From Myxococcota bacterium (GTDB lineage Bacteria > Myxococcota_A > Polyangia > Polyangiales > Houyiibacteriaceae), in assembly GCA_020629955.1 (NCBI GenBank), contig JAHDCI010000002.1:2692-66691 (forward strand): a stretch of 64,000 bases of DNA, in the 5' to 3' direction. Below, in pieces: positions 10,310-20,589 of the stretch; the first letter of the stretch is position 1, and the number at the start of each line of letters is the position of its first letter. Below the pieces are notes generated by a model, which saw nothing but the letters and a program-made list of their open reading frames with translations, was not told the origin of the DNA and did no database searches. A program made the position numbers and the translations under genes.

Positions 10310-11023
10310 ATGCTGGAGCTTGTCGATCGCGTGGCGTTTGCCCTGCATGCGCTAGCCTTCGGCACGTTCGGCGTTCATCTCGCGCGTCGCGCAGGGGCGG
10401 ACAAGGAACGCAGGTGGGCCACGGTACTCATCTCGGCGACAACGGCTTTCGCGTGCGGCGCCTTGATCGGTATCTCGCGAGTCGATTGGGTCTTCGGGAT
10501 CTTAATCCTCACTCCCCTCTGGATCGCCTCGCTGCTTGGCGTGCTCACCCCGTCGGGGCGTGGAGATTCCTTTCCAAACAATATCGGATGGCCTTTTCAT
10601 CTTGGGCTCTTCGGCATGAGCACCGCGGTCGCGCTTTGTTTCCGCTGGCTGCTTCGTTTCACGCCAGGAATCGTCCCGCTCGCGTTTGATGGGGACGAGC
10701 GCATCTACGCTTCGCCAACGAAGCTCTGGTGGCTCGCGCCAGCAATCTTCGTCATGCATCTCATCCTATTCCGGACCGCCTACCGAAACCCGCTGCCGCC
10801 GGTCGTACGCTTTGCGCATTGGGCCATCTTTGGAATCGGCATCGGTCTCACCTGCCTCTGGTTCTTCTCCGCAATCTACGCCGCAGGCGCCGCGCACTCT
10901 GCGGTCAGTGGAGTCTTCGCCGCGGGCTCCTGCGCATTGCTTGGCCTGGCCTCTGGCATCTTCTCGTTGCGACGCTCTCTCGCGGCATCACGACGTACCT
11001 CGCCCTCCTCCGAAGAGGAGTGA
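10310..11023 (+). CDS. Hypothetical multi-pass membrane protein
   Basis: 237 aa with ~7 hydrophobic segments, 10 bp downstream of the previous gene. Confidence 0.75.
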   Translation: MLELVDRVAFALHALAFGTFGVHLARRAGADKERRWATVLISATTAFACGALIGISRVDWVFGILILTPLWIASLLGVLTPSGRGDSFPNNIGWPFHLGLFGMSTAVALCFRWLLRFTPGIVPLAFDGDERIYASPTKLWWLAPAIFVMHLILFRTAYRNPLPPVVRFAHWAIFGIGIGLTCLWFFSAIYAAGAAHSAVSGVFAAGSCALLGLASGIFSLRRSLAASRRTSPSSEEE

Positions 11024-12822
11024 CCTTCGAAGAGCGCGACAACCGCCGCGCGATAGTCTTCTGCCCGAAGGTCAGGTCCAAGGGGCGCGCCGCCGGCGAC
11101 GCGGAGCGGCGAGCGTCCTCTTCGAGGGAGACGACGCATCGGCTTCTCGCCGTTCTCCCCGTAGGCGAAGAAGCCTCCGAAGAAGCCGCGTACCGCGAAG
11201 GGGATAACGGGTACGGGGCGCTTCTCAAGAATGCGCTCGATGCCGCGCCGGAAGTCACCCACCAGACCGTCGCGTGAGCAACGTCCTTCCGGAAAGAGGG
11301 CGATGACCTCACCGTCAGCGAGCGCTTGATCAATCTCCGCGAGCGCCTTCTGCAACACGTCATCGGATTCGCTCTTCGGTGCGATCGCGATGATCCGCGC
11401 AAAACGAAAGAAGCGCTTCATTCCAGGCAGCTTGGCCATCCGGTGGTCCATCACAAAGCGTACCGGGCGCTTAAGAAAGCCGCCGAACGCGAAGGCATCC
11501 GCGAAACTCTCGTGGTTGCAGATCACAATGGCGGCACCCTTCTCTGGGACATGGTCCTCAAAATCGCGGAGATCGATCTTATAGAAAATGCGCATCATGA
11601 AACCGATGAGGCGCTGCACGAAGCGGAGGCGCGTCGCGTAAAGCGCCACCGCGCCCGAGAGAAGCTGGGCGATCGCAAGCTCTACAAAGAGCTCCGAAAG
11701 AGAAGCCCCGGCGCCAAGTCGATACGCCGCGTAGCCCGCGCCAGCGACCATGAAGACGGCGTTCACGATGTTGTTCGCGGCGACGACCTGCGAGCGCTCG
11801 TTGTCCTCGGCCTCACGCTGCATATGCGCGTAGAGTGGAACGATAAAGACCCCTCCGGCGGCTCCCACGGCGGCCGTCGCAAGCGCTGCGATGAGAAGCG
11901 TTGACGCGCTGGCCATCCAAAGGAGGGCAAGCCCGAGAAGGATCGCGGCAGGTCCCACGATGCTGAGTTCGATCTTTCCATGGCTCAGCCGCTCGCAAGC
12001 GATCGAGCCCGCGGCAACGCCGAGGGAGAAAGCCGCGAGAAGCGCGGTCAGGGCCTGAGGGGATTCCGAGACCTTCTCTGCAAGCGCGGGAAGCTGACCA
12101 AGCACAACGGCGCCGATAAGCCAGAACCAGCTTGAGCCGAGGATCGACCACCAAACAGAGCGGTCTCGTTGGCCGATCTTCACGGTCTGAAGCGTCGACC
12201 GGATCGGGTTTAGATCGATCGCCGCGCTCTCTTGACCCGGCGCCGTAGGAATCCGGAACGCCTGCACCGCTCCAACGATCGCTGCGACAACAAGACCGAC
12301 GGCGCAGTAGGTCTGTCCTCCTTCGAGAGCGGCCAAGAAGGAGCCGCCTAGCGTGCCACTCAAAATCGCGAGGAAGGTTCCCATCTCGATCAAGCTATTG
12401 CCCGCCAGGAGCTCTTCGTCTTCGAGATGCTGGGGCAGAATCGCGTACTTCATCGGCCCGAAAAGCGCCGACTGCGTGCCCATCAAGAAGAGCGAGGTCA
12501 GAAGCATCGGGAGGCTCTGAAGATAGAAACCAAGCGCCGCCAGGAGCATGATTCCGACTTCCGCGACCTTGAGACCGAAAATGAGCTTCGACTTATCGAA
12601 ACGGTCCGAGAGCTGACCCGCCAGAGCGCTGAAGAGAAAGAACGGCGCGACAAGCAGCGCGGTCGCGAGGTTCACGAGCGTCGCCGGCTCTTGATGGGTC
12701 GCGAGCGAACCGAAGGTCACCGCGACAATCAACGCGGCCTTTAAAAGGTTGTCGTTAAACGCCCCAAGGAGCTGAGTCCAAAAGAGCGGCGAAAAACGGG
12801 TGGAGCGAAGAAGCGCGAACAT
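10876..12822 (-). CDS. MFS transporter fused to PlsC-type acyltransferase (LplT/Aas-like)
   Basis: FWTQLLGAFNDNLLK, AGQLSDRFDK, FGPMKYAILP (LplT-like MFS); acyltransferase NHESFAD (HX4D) and FPEG. Start set at ATG 12822 (MFALLRS). Confidence 0.9.
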   Translation of the reverse strand: MFALLRSTRFSPLFWTQLLGAFNDNLLKAALIVAVTFGSLATHQEPATLVNLATALLVAPFFLFSALAGQLSDRFDKSKLIFGLKVAEVGIMLLAALGFYLQSLPMLLTSLFLMGTQSALFGPMKYAILPQHLEDEELLAGNSLIEMGTFLAILSGTLGGSFLAALEGGQTYCAVGLVVAAIVGAVQAFRIPTAPGQESAAIDLNPIRSTLQTVKIGQRDRSVWWSILGSSWFWLIGAVVLGQLPALAEKVSESPQALTALLAAFSLGVAAGSIACERLSHGKIELSIVGPAAILLGLALLWMASASTLLIAALATAAVGAAGGVFIVPLYAHMQREAEDNERSQVVAANNIVNAVFMVAGAGYAAYRLGAGASLSELFVELAIAQLLSGAVALYATRLRFVQRLIGFMMRIFYKIDLRDFEDHVPEKGAAIVICNHESFADAFAFGGFLKRPVRFVMDHRMAKLPGMKRFFRFARIIAIAPKSESDDVLQKALAEIDQALADGEVIALFPEGRCSRDGLVGDFRRGIERILEKRPVPVIPFAVRGFFGGFFAYGENGEKPMRRLPRRGRSPLRVAGGAPLGPDLRAEDYRAAVVALFEGHSSSEEGEVRRDAARERRNEKMPEARPSNAQEPAAKTPLTAECAAPAA

Positions 12823-12834
12823 GCCCCTTACGTT

Positions 12835-12851
12835 TGCAAGAGACCGGCCAA
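12835..12851 (-). promoter_or_regulatory. Sigma54 (-24/-12) promoter of the MFS-acyltransferase gene
   Basis: Minus strand TTGGCCGGTCTCTTGCA = GG-N10-GC with TGGC and TTGCA, matching TGGCAC-N5-TTGCW; divergent from a sigma54 activator gene. Confidence 0.75.
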
Positions 12852-12949
12852 GCAAATTGCTCAATAAAATTAGCGACAGCGACGATTCTCGCAGATCGCA
12901 TGTACTTTCTGCGCCATCAATATGTTCATTCTATGTACACAATACTCGT

Positions 12950-14368
12950 ATGAGCGGGACACTGAACTTTCTACGAGGCGTTCGCGAAGCGGTCTTTTCG
13001 AATCCTTTCTCCGAGCGGCGCGCGAGCATTGATGCGGAGCTAACCAACCTCGCGCCGGAAGATCCCGCGGTGCTTTCGGCGCTAAACACCCGGCTTTCGT
13101 CGGAGCTCGACCGGGCATCCGCAACGATGCCCAATATCGATCGGGAGGTGCTTGAGGCCGCGATCCTCTTCGAGGCGTTCCACCGATTTGAGGAGGAGCT
13201 CGACGCGTTGATCGTCGCGGAAGCCAATAGCGAGAGCGCTGTTCCTTTTCGTGCGGCGCCCGAGATCCTCGCGTTCCTCGACTATCGCGGGTTCGACCCG
13301 GCGAGAAGAACGCGTGCCCTCGAGCTTTTCTACCAGCTACGTCGCGCCTTTCACTTCATTCGGACGTCCCTGGTCGGTGTGAGTCCAAGCATGAGGAAGT
13401 TGCGAGAGGCACTTTGGAACCAAGTCTTCACGCGCGATATCCGAATCTACGAAGCACACCTCGTCGGGCGCATGGAAGACTTCTCGACGCTCCTGGTCGG
13501 AGCGACCGGCGCTGGAAAAGGGGCTGCCGCAGCAGCGATTGGACGCTCCGGCTACATCCCGTTTGAAAAAGACCGCTTTGCACGCCCTTACGCGAGCGCA
13601 TTTCTTGCCGTGAACCTCGCCGAGATCCCTTCGAGTCTGCTTGAGGCCACTCTCTTCGGTCACGAAAAGGGCGCGTATACTGGCGCCATCCGGAAGAGCG
13701 AGGGCTGGCTTGCGCGTGTGCCCCGCTACGGTTCGATCTTCCTCGATGAGATCGGGGAGCTTTCGCTGAGCGCCCAGGTGCGCCTTCTCCGGGTTCTCCA
13801 AGATCGAGAGTTCACGCCGCTTGGCGCAGAACGAAAAGAGCGGTTCGAGGGTCGGGTCATCGCGGCGACCCACCAGGAGATCGACGTCCTCCGGGCCGAA
13901 GGGCATTTTCGTGAGGATCTCTACTATCGCCTCGCGACGGAGGTGATTCAGGTGCCTTCTTTGCGACGACGAATTCAGGAGGACAAGGACGAACTTCCGC
14001 TTTTGGCGGAGGCGATTTTGCGCAGGCTTCTCCCAGACGGCGCCGATGCTCTTCTCGAACCGGTCCTCCAGGCGCTCTCCCGCGATATTCCGCGGGGATA
14101 CGGGTGGCCAGGCAATGTGCGAGAACTGGAGCAGAGCATAAGGCGCATCCTCCTCACCGGTTCGTGTGCTCCCGCGGAGGCCCCCTCCGATCACGAGCGG
14201 TTCTGGCGCCGCGCGCAGGCGCTGGAGCTACGGGACGATGAGCTTCGCCGAGGATACCTTCGCTCGCTCTACGAAAAGCATCGATCCTACGTGAAGGTGG
14301 CTGAGCAGGCCGGGATCGATCGGCGCACTGCGAAGCGATTCATCTCGCAGGGTCCCCCTGAGGAATGA
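12950..14368 (+). CDS. Sigma54-interacting transcriptional activator with atypical N-terminal domain
   Basis: Walker A GATGAGKG, GAYTGA, FLDEIGE, WPGNVREL, C-terminal HTH. Start set at ATG 12950 (MSGTLNF). Confidence 0.9.
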   Translation: MSGTLNFLRGVREAVFSNPFSERRASIDAELTNLAPEDPAVLSALNTRLSSELDRASATMPNIDREVLEAAILFEAFHRFEEELDALIVAEANSESAVPFRAAPEILAFLDYRGFDPARRTRALELFYQLRRAFHFIRTSLVGVSPSMRKLREALWNQVFTRDIRIYEAHLVGRMEDFSTLLVGATGAGKGAAAAAIGRSGYIPFEKDRFARPYASAFLAVNLAEIPSSLLEATLFGHEKGAYTGAIRKSEGWLARVPRYGSIFLDEIGELSLSAQVRLLRVLQDREFTPLGAERKERFEGRVIAATHQEIDVLRAEGHFREDLYYRLATEVIQVPSLRRRIQEDKDELPLLAEAILRRLLPDGADALLEPVLQALSRDIPRGYGWPGNVRELEQSIRRILLTGSCAPAEAPSDHERFWRRAQALELRDDELRRGYLRSLYEKHRSYVKVAEQAGIDRRTAKRFISQGPPEE

Positions 14369-14433
14369 GACACCAATTTTAAACGCCCTATTGACCCTCT
14401 GAGCGTCCACGCGTACCAAAGAAGGCGAACCCA

Positions 14434-15198
14434 ATGCCGCTCGTCAACCACAGCCAGCAGGAGCTACACGTTAAGGTCGTATACTACGGCCCCGGACTCG
14501 GCGGGAAGACGACGAACCTGGAGTATATCCACGCACAGAGCGATCCGGGTCGACGCGGCAAACTGATCAGCCTCGTCACCGAATCGGAGAGAACGCTCTT
14601 TTTCGATCTGCTCCCTCTTCAGCTTGGCAAGCTACGCGACTATACGGTGCGGCTGCATCTGTGCACGGTTCCCGGCCAGATCGCCCACGACGAGACCCGT
14701 CGCCTCGTGCTGCGCCATGTCGACGGCGTGGTCTTCGTCGTGGATAGCCAAAAAGGCCGAGAAGAAGCGAACGCAGAGTCGATCAAGAATCTTTCCGAGA
14801 ATCTCAAGCGTCAGGGCGACGACCCCGACCGACTTCCGCTGGTCGTGCAATACAACAAGCGGGACCTCGACAATCTGCACGATCCCGAGCACCTGAAAAT
14901 GCTTCTTGGCGTGCCGGACGAGGTCATTCAGGTGGAAGCCTCGGCACTTGAGGGCTGGGGCGTCTTTGAGACCTTGAAGCAGATCACGAAAAGCATCTTG
15001 AAGCTCATCGGGAACCCTGAGCTTTTGCCCGCCGGCCGCTCCCCTTCGATTCTTCCGGGGTCGCGCGCGAGCATGTATCGCGCGGCGGAAAGCGGCGAGT
15101 TGCCGGCCCTGAATATCAGCATGCCGAAGGCGCCTCGGGTCCCGGGTGAGCTCTCCTCGGAGTTCGGTATCCCGAAGGATGTCCTCGAAGACGAATAA
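14434..15198 (+). CDS. MglA-family Ras-like small GTPase (paralog, no adjacent mglB)
   Basis: KVVYYGPGLGGKTTNL, ERTLFFD, TVPGQ, VVQYNKRDL; ~60-aa C-terminal extension. Confidence 0.92.
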   Translation: MPLVNHSQQELHVKVVYYGPGLGGKTTNLEYIHAQSDPGRRGKLISLVTESERTLFFDLLPLQLGKLRDYTVRLHLCTVPGQIAHDETRRLVLRHVDGVVFVVDSQKGREEANAESIKNLSENLKRQGDDPDRLPLVVQYNKRDLDNLHDPEHLKMLLGVPDEVIQVEASALEGWGVFETLKQITKSILKLIGNPELLPAGRSPSILPGSRASMYRAAESGELPALNISMPKAPRVPGELSSEFGIPKDVLEDE

Positions 15199-16423
15199 GC
15201 CAGATCGCGCGCCGGAAGACGCCCGAGTCAAAGCGCTCTCCGCGCGCGCAATTCTCCGTTTCGAAGACCGGTACGCGGTCGAACTCAGAGCGCTTGAGGT
15301 CGCGCATGGCGCGCAGGGCTATGCGCTCCCGCATGCCACGGACCTTCGCGACATCGCACTTTTTGAGCAAGCCTCTCTGACGCCTTTCGGGGACCTCGTA
15401 CGGGAACCGACGCCGATTTATGTCGGTGACGCGAGCGAGGCGCTGCCTGCTTATTCTTGGCGAACAAAAGAGGAGCTCGTCACCCTCTTTCGCTCGGCAA
15501 CGCACCCCCTTGGACGCGGGCTCTCAGCGCTGGTGGCCGAGTGGCTCGGTCTCGGCGAACGGTTCGAGGGCTCCACTCCTCGACCTTGGTGGCTGACCCC
15601 CAATATCGCGCTCTTTCCGATCCGCAGCGCCACCTTGCTTCCCGCTACGCATACCAACGCATTTTTGATCGGCGAAGGAGCGGAGTGGGTGTTGGTCGAG
15701 CCAGCGAAGGAGCTCGGCGGGAACGAGGTCGGCTTATGGCTGGAGCGTGAGCGCGCGCTGGGAAAGACAATTCTCGGCAAACTCCCGACGCATCATCACC
15801 ACGATCACTTCGGTCATCCCGCGGTCCGCGAGCTTCCTCTTTTCGCGCACCCGATCACCGCAGAACTCATCGGCGAAAAACTCGACTCTCGCCGAGGGGA
15901 CCGCGCGTATACCGATGGTGACAGGCTCTCCCTCGGAGAGGCTCAGTTCGAGTTTGTTCACACCCCAGGGCACGCACCCGGCCATCTGTGCATCGTCGAT
16001 ACACGGTCTCACGTTGCGCTCGTCGGCGATATGGTCGCTGGCGTCGGCACCATCTTGGTCGACCCGAGCGATGGCAATATGACCGAGTACCTCGCGTCAC
16101 TGAAGAAGCTTGAAGCGCGGAGTCTTCGCGCCGCCATTCCCGCCCACGGCGGATACCTAGAAACTCCTTCGCAGAGTGTCTTCCCAGGGACGCATGCCCA
16201 CCGTCTACGTCGCGAGGCAAAGGTGGAGGAAGCACTCAGTGAGGTGCCGCAGGGCGAAATGGAGTTGACGAAAAAGGTCTACGCAGATGTTCCTGCTGCG
16301 CTCTGGCCGATCGCAAGGCGCTCGCTGCGCGCTCATTTGATTCGCCTTCAAGAACTCGGCCGCGGCGAGGAGATGACAGAAGGCTGGAGACGTCCGCAAA
16401 AGCCCCCTTTCGCAAGCAGCTAG
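15179..16423 (+). CDS. Metallo-beta-lactamase-fold hydrolase (LACTB2-like)
   Basis: THHHHDH (HxHxDH), HTPGHAPGH, VGD, PAHG, C-terminal winged-helix-like tail. Confidence 0.9.
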   Translation: MSSKTNKPDRAPEDARVKALSARAILRFEDRYAVELRALEVAHGAQGYALPHATDLRDIALFEQASLTPFGDLVREPTPIYVGDASEALPAYSWRTKEELVTLFRSATHPLGRGLSALVAEWLGLGERFEGSTPRPWWLTPNIALFPIRSATLLPATHTNAFLIGEGAEWVLVEPAKELGGNEVGLWLERERALGKTILGKLPTHHHHDHFGHPAVRELPLFAHPITAELIGEKLDSRRGDRAYTDGDRLSLGEAQFEFVHTPGHAPGHLCIVDTRSHVALVGDMVAGVGTILVDPSDGNMTEYLASLKKLEARSLRAAIPAHGGYLETPSQSVFPGTHAHRLRREAKVEEALSEVPQGEMELTKKVYADVPAALWPIARRSLRAHLIRLQELGRGEEMTEGWRRPQKPPFASS

Positions 16424-16458
16424 TGCGGGATCGAATCAATGGAAGGGCCCGCTTCCGC
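16420..16458 (+). repeat. End of family-2 CTAG-bounded palindromic element
   Basis: CTAGTGCGGGATCGAATCAATGGAAGGGCCCGCTTCCGC closely matches both ends of the 40002-40159 element; its TAG is the MBL gene stop; far end not resolved. Confidence 0.55.
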
Positions 16459-16782
16459 ACCACACGGACCTCACGACCAAACAGATCCGGGCACGCTCAA
16501 ATCGAGCGAATCAAAACGGGTACGTTTTTTTCGTCGATCCGAATGTTTTCACTTATTCGGTGAAATCGGGCGCAAGGTACTGAAGCGCGCTCCAATCGGA
16601 CGCGGGCGCGACTCTTCGAATCCTCAATATCGGCAAACGCATAGCGGGCCTGCGTCGACGTGCAGTTTGTGATTGCGCGAGCCAGCGGGCGATACGTTTC
16701 CGATTCGATCGAACTGACACAAAACTCTTTCGCACGCGCACAGCTCGCCTCCTGAGGGCAACGAGCGTATAACTCACCTACT

Positions 16783-19077
16783 ATGAAGGGTCGAAACACG
16801 AAGTCGACAATCACCATTTGTTGCCTCCTCGTTCTGGGATGCAGCGAAACGAAGCCCCCGCTGACGGGCGGAAGCTCACCGGCGATGGAGACATGCGTTG
16901 GCGGCCGCGACGCAGAAACCGGCGAAGCGCTCGACTTCGAGTTAACACTCGACGGACAAACGAGACAGTCCTCTGACGGGCGTCTTTGCATTGAACTTTC
17001 CTCGCCAGAAGCGTTCGTACTCACCCATTCGGGACACCTTCCTGAGCCTTGGGTATTGAACCCTGGTGACGATTTCGAAGTCGACTTCTTCGCCGCAGAG
17101 AGTCATTCGAGTCTACATTTTGGCGGAGACGTCATGATGGGCCGCCGGTACGAGGAGCGATACTTTGCATCTGGAAATCGGGCTGAGGTTGCGCGTGAGC
17201 TCGTCGAACCGATTTCCCAGCTATTCGGTGCTGCCGATTTCTCCACTGTGAACCTCGAGACGGTCGCGACACTCGCGGGGCCGGAGGAGAGCTACCCAGG
17301 GAAACGCTTTCTCCTCAACACGCACCCGGAGGCGCTTTCCTTTTTGAACGCCCTCGGCGCAGACCTCGTCACTCTCGGAAACAATCACATTCGTGACTGG
17401 GGAGACGAGGGAGTTCGAGCAACCTTGGCATCGCTCGCAGAGGTTGGCATCGCGCAGACGGGCGGTGGCCTGAGCGAGGCAGAAGCAAACGCGCCCAATA
17501 TTACGACCCTCCCGAACGGACTTCGCGTCGGCACATTCTCTTGGACGACCGTGGCCGGCGACTTCGTCAATGAGCAGTACCCCGGCCCCAGCGCGACAGC
17601 GCCAGTCGATCTCGCGGAAGAGGACGCCTGGTTATACGAGCGTCGTTCGTTTGGATTCTCCTCGAGCTATTGGAATGTTCTGGAAACGGGTCGCCGAATT
17701 GGAGATGTCTGGGAACGGTTCAGGGAATCTGAGTCGTCGATGTCCGCTGCCGAGCGCGCGGAGGCGTGGGCGGCGATCGAAGCGGTCTTCCCCGAGATGC
17801 AAGATTGGGGAGCCCGACGCGGCCACGGCGGCGCTGCGGTGTGGAGTTCAAGTTCGGTCGAGGCGATCGAATCCCTTCGAAGCGAAGTCGACATCCTGAT
17901 CGTTCAGATCCACGCAGGTTTCCAGTTCGCGACGAGCCCTTCCGGAAACTCGAGAGCGCTCGCCCGCGCAGCGGTGGAAGCCGGTGCTGACCTGGTGATC
18001 GGCCATCACCCTCATGTTCTGCAGGGGCTGGAGTGGATCGACGGGAAGCTCGCCGCCTACAGCCTGGGGAACTTCGTATTCGACCAAGATTTTCATACGA
18101 CGTTTCCTGGCGCGATGCTTCGGACCGTGTTTCGAGGGGGAGAGCTTGTTCAAGCGAGGGTCATCGCGACGGTTCTCAGCGATTATCGAATCCAACCCGT
18201 TGGAGGGGTCAGCGCAGAACGGATCTACTCGGAACTCGAGCGAAGCTCCGCCGCGCCAATCGTCAGCCGCCGCTTTTCCGATCTTCGGGTCAGGGAGGTT
18301 CTTCGAGAAACGAGCGCCTCGTTGCGGGTGGATGATCGCGGGAGAATCTTGGCCGAGTCCCCCCAAACGCACGTTGTCGAAGCCTCGAGTGAGCAAAGAG
18401 TCGAGCCGAGCTACCTTATAAGTGGAGAAGGCGAGGTTGGCTTCGATCTCCTTGGTACGGGAAGCTTCGAGAGCGATTTCCATGGCGCTCTAGGCATGGG
18501 CTGGAGCCTCCGCCTGGAGGACAATGATAATGCGGATCGAGGCATCGGCGTCGTCGACGACGCGCTTCTCGGAAATCATGTGCTCAGGGTCCGGCGCACG
18601 GTTGCAAACCTGGGCGAGATCCTCACCCGGCCCGTCGCTCGCGTTCCTCTGCGCGCGCATCGACGTTTTGACGAGGGCGGGGACGCGCTCGACCCCGAAG
18701 CCCGTTTCGAGGTTGTCGTTGGAATTCGATCGACCGGCAGAGCAGATTGCCCTGCGAGTGTTCGCGTCGACTACTACCAATTACGAGATCAAGACCCAAC
18801 GATGAATCCCGTGAGCGAGGTGCTCGGCACAGAAACCCATACGCTACCGTTTTCAGCCGATTGGCAGCGCGCGCGACACGAGCTAACGCCACCGGCGGAC
18901 GCAAACTTCGCCCTCATCTATCTTCGCCTAGAGCCCCCGGAGGAGTGGACCTGTATTGCGGAGTTTGACGACGTACGGGTGATGGAATGGAGATCTGCGA
19001 GCGCGAACTCCACCTACGCACCGGTCACTCATGTTGCGCCCGGGGCTGTTGTAAACCTCGCTCATACGGTCAACTAA
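16783..19077 (+). CDS. capA: CapA/PgsA-family (PGA_cap metallophosphoesterase-fold) lipoprotein
   Basis: Lipobox VLGC; FGGDVM, VNLET, LGNNHIRDWG, QIHAG, IGHHPHV, YSLGNFVFDQ; ~90-aa insert and extra C-terminal beta-sandwich-like domain. Confidence 0.9.
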   Translation: MKGRNTKSTITICCLLVLGCSETKPPLTGGSSPAMETCVGGRDAETGEALDFELTLDGQTRQSSDGRLCIELSSPEAFVLTHSGHLPEPWVLNPGDDFEVDFFAAESHSSLHFGGDVMMGRRYEERYFASGNRAEVARELVEPISQLFGAADFSTVNLETVATLAGPEESYPGKRFLLNTHPEALSFLNALGADLVTLGNNHIRDWGDEGVRATLASLAEVGIAQTGGGLSEAEANAPNITTLPNGLRVGTFSWTTVAGDFVNEQYPGPSATAPVDLAEEDAWLYERRSFGFSSSYWNVLETGRRIGDVWERFRESESSMSAAERAEAWAAIEAVFPEMQDWGARRGHGGAAVWSSSSVEAIESLRSEVDILIVQIHAGFQFATSPSGNSRALARAAVEAGADLVIGHHPHVLQGLEWIDGKLAAYSLGNFVFDQDFHTTFPGAMLRTVFRGGELVQARVIATVLSDYRIQPVGGVSAERIYSELERSSAAPIVSRRFSDLRVREVLRETSASLRVDDRGRILAESPQTHVVEASSEQRVEPSYLISGEGEVGFDLLGTGSFESDFHGALGMGWSLRLEDNDNADRGIGVVDDALLGNHVLRVRRTVANLGEILTRPVARVPLRAHRRFDEGGDALDPEARFEVVVGIRSTGRADCPASVRVDYYQLRDQDPTMNPVSEVLGTETHTLPFSADWQRARHELTPPADANFALIYLRLEPPEEWTCIAEFDDVRVMEWRSASANSTYAPVTHVAPGAVVNLAHTVN

Positions 19078-19261
19078 ACGAACCTAACCATCGAAACTGC
19101 GTTCGCTCCACAATGGCGTTGAAGTCAAAAAATCACGTCCAAACAGGAATTCGTGAAATACGGACATCCAATTTGTTGAACTTTTCTTCTCAAAGAAAAT
19201 TTTCACCAAATTGGGTGGCATCGAGTTGAAGAGCGCCGGGCGCGCATGTTAAAACCCCAAA

Positions 19262-20572
19262 ATGGTCAAATGGATGAAGATGGGTTGGGTGTTGGCGCTT
19301 GCGGGCTGTGTGAACGGCTCCGTATCGTCCAACTCTCCGATGGCGGTGGACGCGGACGAAGACGGCGACGGCGTTCCGGCGTCGGCCGATTGCGACGATT
19401 CGAACGCAGCAGTGGGCGCTTTGCTCTATGCGGAAACGTTCGATGACCCGAGCGAATACCTCGAAAATACCTCAAGTCTGACGGACCCCTGGGCGGTCGG
19501 TGGTGGGCTCGCACGAAACTGGGTCGGCGGACAGCAAGCGCTGGTTGGCGAGAATGAGAGCTGGACCGATACGGTCACGTTCGCGACGCTCCGCGGAGAA
19601 GGGCTTCATGTGAAATGTCGAAACTGTGCCCACGCCGCGCGCCCCACTCCAGGGGACGACGGATACTCCTTTGTACTCTCGGGACTCTACGAGGACGGCG
19701 TCGCCACGGCGATTCTTCTCAACGACGACGCCGTGCTGCGTGTCAACCGTGACGAAGGCTGGGTGACACTCGAGGGTACTGCCAGCGCAGAGGGGGGAGA
19801 GACCTTCGAGGTAAACCTTCGCTGGGAAATCCGTGGACGCGGCGACGCTTACGCGGGTGACCTTGGACCGGATGTGCAGACCGATCTGCAAACGGAAGAG
19901 GTTGTCGCGGAGTGGGAATACCTCGACCTCGTTTCGGGTTCGCTCATCTCCGATTCCACGGAGATCCTCCTTTCTGCGGGTGCAGAGCGCCCGGCTCAGC
20001 TGGGCTGGAAAGCCAACCATCACACGGTGAGCTACGGACTCGCCAGCGGGCTCACCTACGAAGTTGACGGTCGGATCGGCAGCGGGGATATGAAGCTTGA
20101 GTTGCTCGAACGTGACCGTTTCCGCGCTGGAATTCTCGCGCGAATGAACCACGACGCCGACCAGGGCGAGGGCTTTCATGGCTATCGTTGCGCGGTCGCA
20201 CGGAACTCTCAGCTTGGCTGCTACGAGCCTGGCCGATTTGTGCAGCTCGCCGCTTTCCTCGACGGACCGGAAGGTGCCGTTCAATCCGAGTGCTCCCTCG
20301 ACCGGTGCGCACCGAATCCAGGCTTCGATCAGCTCGATCGCGAACCGCGTGGGGAGAGCACCGACCTAATCCTCGGCGATGGCGCAGACCTCACATTCTG
20401 GGCTGTTGGCAACTCGCTCCAGTGCGAGTTCGCAGGAGAAGACGGCGAACGAGTCGTGACCAGCGCCACCGATGACCGAATTCAGACCGGCGGGACCGGG
20501 CTCTCGGTGCTGAATCTCTTCACCCAATACGAGTCGGTCAGGGTCTGCCAGGCGTTCCATATCCCGGAATAG
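19262..20572 (+). CDS. Lipoprotein with DxDGDG..DCDD metal-binding motif and beta-sandwich domains
   Basis: Lipobox LAGC; DADEDGDGVPASADCDD motif; Cys pairs; followed by a terminator. Confidence 0.8.
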   Translation: MVKWMKMGWVLALAGCVNGSVSSNSPMAVDADEDGDGVPASADCDDSNAAVGALLYAETFDDPSEYLENTSSLTDPWAVGGGLARNWVGGQQALVGENESWTDTVTFATLRGEGLHVKCRNCAHAARPTPGDDGYSFVLSGLYEDGVATAILLNDDAVLRVNRDEGWVTLEGTASAEGGETFEVNLRWEIRGRGDAYAGDLGPDVQTDLQTEEVVAEWEYLDLVSGSLISDSTEILLSAGAERPAQLGWKANHHTVSYGLASGLTYEVDGRIGSGDMKLELLERDRFRAGILARMNHDADQGEGFHGYRCAVARNSQLGCYEPGRFVQLAAFLDGPEGAVQSECSLDRCAPNPGFDQLDREPRGESTDLILGDGADLTFWAVGNSLQCEFAGEDGERVVTSATDDRIQTGGTGLSVLNLFTQYESVRVCQAFHIPE

Positions 20573-20589
20573 CACCAACCCAAACGGTC

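Noticed and set aside
16540-16660. Possible extra family-1 copy upstream of capA
   Set aside because: Only short blocks (CAATCGGACGC, ATCGGC) match; could be chance.
19215-19232. TGGCATCGAGTTGA as a sigma54 promoter
   Set aside because: Spacing is one base short and the -12 GC is absent.
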